A stretch of 64,000 nucleotides of DNA from Candidatus Poribacteria bacterium. GTDB taxonomy: Bacteria; Poribacteria; WGA-4E; WGA-3G. The stretch is from positions 64,001-128,000 of the forward strand of contig CBDBFU010000011.1 of the NCBI GenBank assembly GCA_965205025.1, given 5' to 3'. The notes beneath the pieces were generated by a model that saw only the letters and a list, made by a program, of their open reading frames with translations, did not search any database and had not been told where the DNA came from. Both the position numbers and the translations under genes were made by a program. Shown piece after piece: positions 59,557-64,000 of this stretch; position 1 is the first letter of the stretch, and every line of letters begins with the position of its first letter.

Positions 59557-60117
59557 ATGAAAAAGTTTGTCGGAATACTGATAACTCTGTTTATTATCAT
59601 GACTTTCTCAGGATATACGAAACAGGAGACACCTGACGTTAAAATTGGAATATTCGCTGATGTAAGATGTAATGACAAAAACATGAAAATATTAATTGAA
59701 CGATATATTTCCAAAGAATTAAAGAGTTTAGATGGTGTCCACTTAGGACTTACAAGTTTAGGTGAAATTGTTCTCTTTGCTGAAAATCTATCTATAACTC
59801 ATTATTTGCATATCCTTGCAGTTGAAGCTGAACGGATAGGAATTGGCAAAACTGGCGAGATAGCAGTTTCCGCTGCTTATACTGAAATTATTGATCCTGC
59901 TTCAGAACTTGCACCTGTCCTTCAATCTCGTTTATCACCTAAAACTTACAGTGACGTATCAAAAGATCTCGCTGGGAAAAAATGGCTACTATCGCTTGAA
60001 GTAATGCGTGGTCATTTTCTAAAGCTTGGTCATAAAAGAGACTTGGAAAATATCTGTAAAAAAATTGTTAATAACTTTGATGAAACAACATTCCATTCAT
60101 CACGAAAAAGCAGATGA
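59557..60117 (+). CDS. hypothetical exported protein
   Basis: GGGAG RBS and signal-peptide-like N-terminus; no motif recognised. Confidence 0.65.
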   Translation: MKKFVGILITLFIIMTFSGYTKQETPDVKIGIFADVRCNDKNMKILIERYISKELKSLDGVHLGLTSLGEIVLFAENLSITHYLHILAVEAERIGIGKTGEIAVSAAYTEIIDPASELAPVLQSRLSPKTYSDVSKDLAGKKWLLSLEVMRGHFLKLGHKRDLENICKKIVNNFDETTFHSSRKSR

Positions 60118-60330
60118 TTTATGAAACGTCATCCATTACTTGACTTTGACCCTGATACTGGTAGTCAAACACCGAAGATGGATTTAGATTAGAAAATAGG
60201 CTGTTTCGGTGTAGGCAGTTTCTATTTTTTGATTGCCCTGATTTTTTACCATATTTTCATAAAAGGGTGTTGAACACCTCCGTTAATCAAATCAAGATTA
60301 TTATTGTAGATATATCAGATATGTTAAAAC

Positions 60331-60369
60331 ATACTAAAGTTTGGACATAAATTGTCCAAACTTTAGTAT
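60331..60369. repeat. perfect 17-bp-arm palindrome
   Basis: ATACTAAAGTTTGGACA-TAAAT-TGTCCAAACTTTAGTAT; shares AGTTTGGACA with the MITE TIR. Confidence 0.85.
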
Positions 60370-60464
60370 AGTAATAGTTTATAATAGATAAAATTAATCA
60401 CATCTATGATTGGCACAAATTTACGAGTACAGAATGCACCATTATAGCAGACAGTTATATTAAC

Positions 60465-61253
60465 TTACCGTTTTAGATTTCCCCAAGTTGTAGTCAATTT
60501 GCCGCGGACAGAAACAACCAGTGTTTCGTTGATGATTTTCTGTATATCCGCTTCTGATAAGGCATAGTTAGCTAACATGAGTTCGTCCATACTTCCTTGA
60601 AAGAATCTTGGACAACATCCATTAGCTTCACCACCAAACCTTAAGACTCGATCAGGCGCACTTCTACCTGGACCTTTTTGAGGAATTACTTTCCCATCGT
60701 GTTCACCGTTGAAATAAAACTTTGCTTCGCTGCCATCCCATACAAGTGCTACATGTGACCACTCTTTTGCTTTTATCTTCCCATCAGAAATATGATATCC
60801 TGGAGAAGTAGTGTCATAAAAATAGTATGCAAGTTGACCTGCTCCCGGTTCAATCTGTAAATAATAACTGTTTTTATAGAAAATTGTACCTTTATTTTCC
60901 TGACCTCCAGCTGGGAGTTCATCCGGAAATATCCATGCCATCATTGTTATCGCTGCATCAATATCAATTTCATTTGAATTGGGAACTTCAATAAACTGGG
61001 ACTTACCCACTTCTCCTGACATTTTTACTGCCTTCCCAAGTATCCCATCTGTCCATTTGATATCTCCGTTAATTTCTCCCTCTAAACCAGCAGTTGCGTC
61101 TTTAACTTTATTTCCACTTCCTTCATCAAAATGCCACACATATAACTTTTTGCCGAGTTGTGCCTGATTTCCTTTACCTCCAGCTGTGAACCCGTCATTG
61201 CAAATAGTTATACTTAGAAAAAGAATCAATATTATCCAAATATGGAACTTCAT
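60465..61253 (-). CDS. secreted LamG-like jellyroll protein
   Basis: WHFDEGSG, TMMAWI, WSHVALVWDG, MDEL; tail VSVRGKLTTTWGNLKR. Confidence 0.9.
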   Translation of the reverse strand: MKFHIWIILILFLSITICNDGFTAGGKGNQAQLGKKLYVWHFDEGSGNKVKDATAGLEGEINGDIKWTDGILGKAVKMSGEVGKSQFIEVPNSNEIDIDAAITMMAWIFPDELPAGGQENKGTIFYKNSYYLQIEPGAGQLAYYFYDTTSPGYHISDGKIKAKEWSHVALVWDGSEAKFYFNGEHDGKVIPQKGPGRSAPDRVLRFGGEANGCCPRFFQGSMDELMLANYALSEADIQKIINETLVVSVRGKLTTTWGNLKR

Positions 61254-61400
61254 TGTGCTCCTCCATGTATGTAATTATGTTAGTATTGGTAATGTGACAG
61301 GATTAACTATAGAATTTTTGAGGTAGAGGGTAGGTGAATTACCTACCCAAGGTTAAGTGAGAGAAGTGTTACAGTGAATTACAATATTTAAAGTAAGTAA

Positions 61401-62171
61401 TTATTCTTTAATATCCGCCCAAGTTGTAGCCAATTTCCCACCCGGAGATACATCAAAGAATACACCTTTATTCATATCACTGTTGATTTCATCTTCTGAT
61501 AAAGCACGGCTGTAGACAGCAACTTCATCAACCATACCGATCATCCCCGCAAGACCTGTTTGACCTTTTCCTATATGAAAGACAATATCTACGCTGGTAA
61601 TCTTACCTGCGGGTGGTTTGAATTCAACATCCAATTTTCCATCTATATATTGACGTATCATATCACCATCATAGGTTGATGAGACATGATGCCATTCTTT
61701 CAAGGCAGGTTTAATCGTTTGTTTGTTACGAGTTCCTTTCCAACCGCTTATGTCAATCCACGTCTCAATTTGGGGAGCACCTGTAAACTGTGCACTCCAT
61801 TGTAGACAATATCCACCTTGGTTACCAGAGGTTCTACGACCCATAAGGTTTGAATCTCCTTGAGATTCTTCTGGAAAAAACCACGCCTGGATTGTGAGTT
61901 GATCAGTTATATCAAGCTCAGGAACTGCACCTATCTCAACGAATTTTCCTGTTCCATCCAGATGTATACAACCCCCAAATTTTCCGTCTTTTGACCAAGT
62001 TGCTCCATTAAAGGTTGCTTCAAGATTATTACCACTTGCATCTTTAGCTGTATTACCTGTCCCCTCGTCAAAAGGAAAATACATCATGAGATCTTTGTCA
62101 TCATTAATGCCCCATGCATTATAAGATAGGGTAATAAAGAAGATTAGGGCTGAAATAGATATAATTTTCAT
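61401..62171 (-). CDS. secreted LamG-like jellyroll protein
   Basis: YFPFDEGTG, WHHVSSTYDG, YIDGKL, VDEVAVYSRALS; tail DVSPGGKLATTWADIKE. Confidence 0.9.
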   Translation of the reverse strand: MKIISISALIFFITLSYNAWGINDDKDLMMYFPFDEGTGNTAKDASGNNLEATFNGATWSKDGKFGGCIHLDGTGKFVEIGAVPELDITDQLTIQAWFFPEESQGDSNLMGRRTSGNQGGYCLQWSAQFTGAPQIETWIDISGWKGTRNKQTIKPALKEWHHVSSTYDGDMIRQYIDGKLDVEFKPPAGKITSVDIVFHIGKGQTGLAGMIGMVDEVAVYSRALSEDEINSDMNKGVFFDVSPGGKLATTWADIKE

Positions 62172-62298
62172 TTGGTTTACTCCTTACTGTATTGGTTAAT
62201 ACATATCCAATATCTTATTAAAGGTTAAATGAGTGAAGTATTTGACTGGATTAAGTACATATTGTTCGAAACAAACTAAAAGTAGTAATAATGCTAAT

Positions 62299-63933
62299 TT
62301 AGAATCTTGATATTTCAAGTTCTTTTGATGTAATGAACTCCAATAAAACAGGTACACCTTCTTCTGTCTTTTGGATACCGCGTTTTATTGCAGGTATAAT
62401 ATCTTCAGGAGATTCGACTCGTTCACCGTAACCACCAAACGCTTTAGCCATATCTGCATAATTGCCAGATATATCTGTTGATCGGTATTTCTCAGTTGAG
62501 ACTTGCATGATAGGAATTTCAATTGCCATAGAGAAGTTATTGAATAACACAGAAAGTATGGGAATTCTTTCGCGTACTGCAGTCTCAAAATCCATGCCAG
62601 TAAATCCAATTGCTGCATCACCCCAAACATTTACACAAAGAGCATCAGGTTTAGCAAGTTTAGCACCCATTGCTAAACCAAGACCGTAACCGAGTTGTGT
62701 GGTTTTACCCCATCCTATATATGAGAGTGGCGTAACAGATTCCCAGAAAGGAGAGAGTTGATCCCGCGGACTACCAGCATCATGTGTGATAATTGTGTTC
62801 TTAACATCAACTGTCTGCATCATATCCCATATTACACGATACGGGGTCATAGGATTTTCGGTTGAGGTAAGTTTCGGCATCCACTGTTTTAACCATTCCT
62901 TTTTAATGTCACTTATTTCTGTAGTAACCGATGTTGCATCTCTTTCAGGTTTTCCTTTTATACGTTCACGAATTGCCTCTACCAATCCTTCTAAAATTAA
63001 TCGTGCATCACCAACCAGAGCTGCATCTACTGGAACATCTTTGTTTATATCTTCGGGATCTAATGTTGCATGTATAACGCGTTTTCCATCTGGAATAGTT
63101 ACCCCGAAGTTAGTTCTTGTGAAGCTACATCCAATTCCAAATAGTAAGTCTGTCTTTTCGAGAAAATGATGTAAAGGTTTTGGGATGGAACGACCACCAG
63201 AACCAAGGGATAATGGATGATTTTCAGGGAAAGCACTTTTACCACCTAAGCTTGTTGTTACAGGGGCAGCAAGAAGCTCAGCAAGTTCAATCAGAGAATC
63301 CCATGCTTGGGCATAATGAACACCTTGTCCTGCATAGATGACGGGACATACAGCATCAATTAATGCAGCTGCTACCGCATCAATCTCAGAACTATCAGGA
63401 ACATAACGTACTTTTGGCACAGGTATTGGATCAAATGGTTCTGGTACTTCTGCATTCATCAAATCTCCTGGTATCTCCACAAGAGTTGGTCTGGGTCTAC
63501 CGTTCCTTACCTGTGTAAAAGCACGTCGCATTACCTCTGGAAGTGCCTCAGGAATCGTCAATTGTTCACAGGATTTTGTTACATTTCGATAGTTCAAAGA
63601 GGAATTAAAGTTGGGTTGTATCTGTGTTAATGTTCGAGCGTATCCCATAGGTAGAACAACAATAGGTGCTGAATCTCCATAGGCTTGTGCAACGCCTCCA
63701 AAAGCATTTTCAGATCCTGGTCCACTCTGCATACAAAAAACACCGATCTTTTCACCAGAAGTTATTCTACTTAATGCATCAGCCATGTGTAAACCGATAC
63801 GTTCTTGCCGAACAATTATAGGTCTAATATCAACCTTTGCAGCTGCCTCTATCAAATGGTTCACAGGATAGGCAAAAAGATATTCTACTCCTTCTGCCTT
63901 TAAAACTTTAGCAACCGCATCAATGACTTTCAT
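62299..63933 (-). CDS. thiamine pyrophosphate-requiring enzyme (acetolactate synthase-like family)
   Basis: RQER...HMADA, GPGSEN, PVIYAGQG, GDAAIG...N TPP-binding motif. Confidence 0.9.
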   Translation of the reverse strand: MKVIDAVAKVLKAEGVEYLFAYPVNHLIEAAAKVDIRPIIVRQERIGLHMADALSRITSGEKIGVFCMQSGPGSENAFGGVAQAYGDSAPIVVLPMGYARTLTQIQPNFNSSLNYRNVTKSCEQLTIPEALPEVMRRAFTQVRNGRPRPTLVEIPGDLMNAEVPEPFDPIPVPKVRYVPDSSEIDAVAAALIDAVCPVIYAGQGVHYAQAWDSLIELAELLAAPVTTSLGGKSAFPENHPLSLGSGGRSIPKPLHHFLEKTDLLFGIGCSFTRTNFGVTIPDGKRVIHATLDPEDINKDVPVDAALVGDARLILEGLVEAIRERIKGKPERDATSVTTEISDIKKEWLKQWMPKLTSTENPMTPYRVIWDMMQTVDVKNTIITHDAGSPRDQLSPFWESVTPLSYIGWGKTTQLGYGLGLAMGAKLAKPDALCVNVWGDAAIGFTGMDFETAVRERIPILSVLFNNFSMAIEIPIMQVSTEKYRSTDISGNYADMAKAFGGYGERVESPEDIIPAIKRGIQKTEEGVPVLLEFITSKELEISRF

Positions 63934-64000
63934 ATAATAACTCCTCTGTTTCTATTGTGAAGTGGTAGGAATACCCGAATCCATAACAAGTGGAAAATGG

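Overview
AT-rich bacterial chromosomal segment. The gene content (four PhyH-type dioxygenases, three LamG proteins with a shared C-terminal TW(G/A) motif, dockerin-like and FlgD/T9SS-like C-terminal domains, TPR/HEAT/PD40 repeat proteins, several enolase-superfamily enzymes) best fits Candidatus Poribacteria, usually sponge symbionts; this is an inference. Most of the window is ordinary metabolic and secreted-protein genes. No rRNA, tRNA or true CRISPR array is visible. Three accessory patches stand out: about 8.3-13.7 kb, about 44.1-50.5 kb and about 57.1-60.4 kb. The best candidate for an undescribed system is a module present twice in opposite orientations (8352-9772 and 48994-50123). It consists of a small two-helix membrane protein with a conserved charged tail and a possible internal start, a matching promoter, and a conserved distal non-coding element with a 38/39-identical palindrome-containing core. 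Both copies sit next to nuclease or restriction genes. Other observations: a 364-bp MITE with 18-bp TIRs and an 8-bp TSD splitting an unannotated glyoxalase gene; nested REP/MITE elements; a 20-bp duplication that detaches the sorting tail from one of two secreted HExxH protease paralogues; an ABC-type ATPase plus small nuclease pair beside a primase-polymerase relic and a GNRA-capped structured RNA; an HxG PhyH-family halogenase candidate; and a heme c-copper monooxygenase fusion. All protein calls come from motif recognition by eye; no searches were run.
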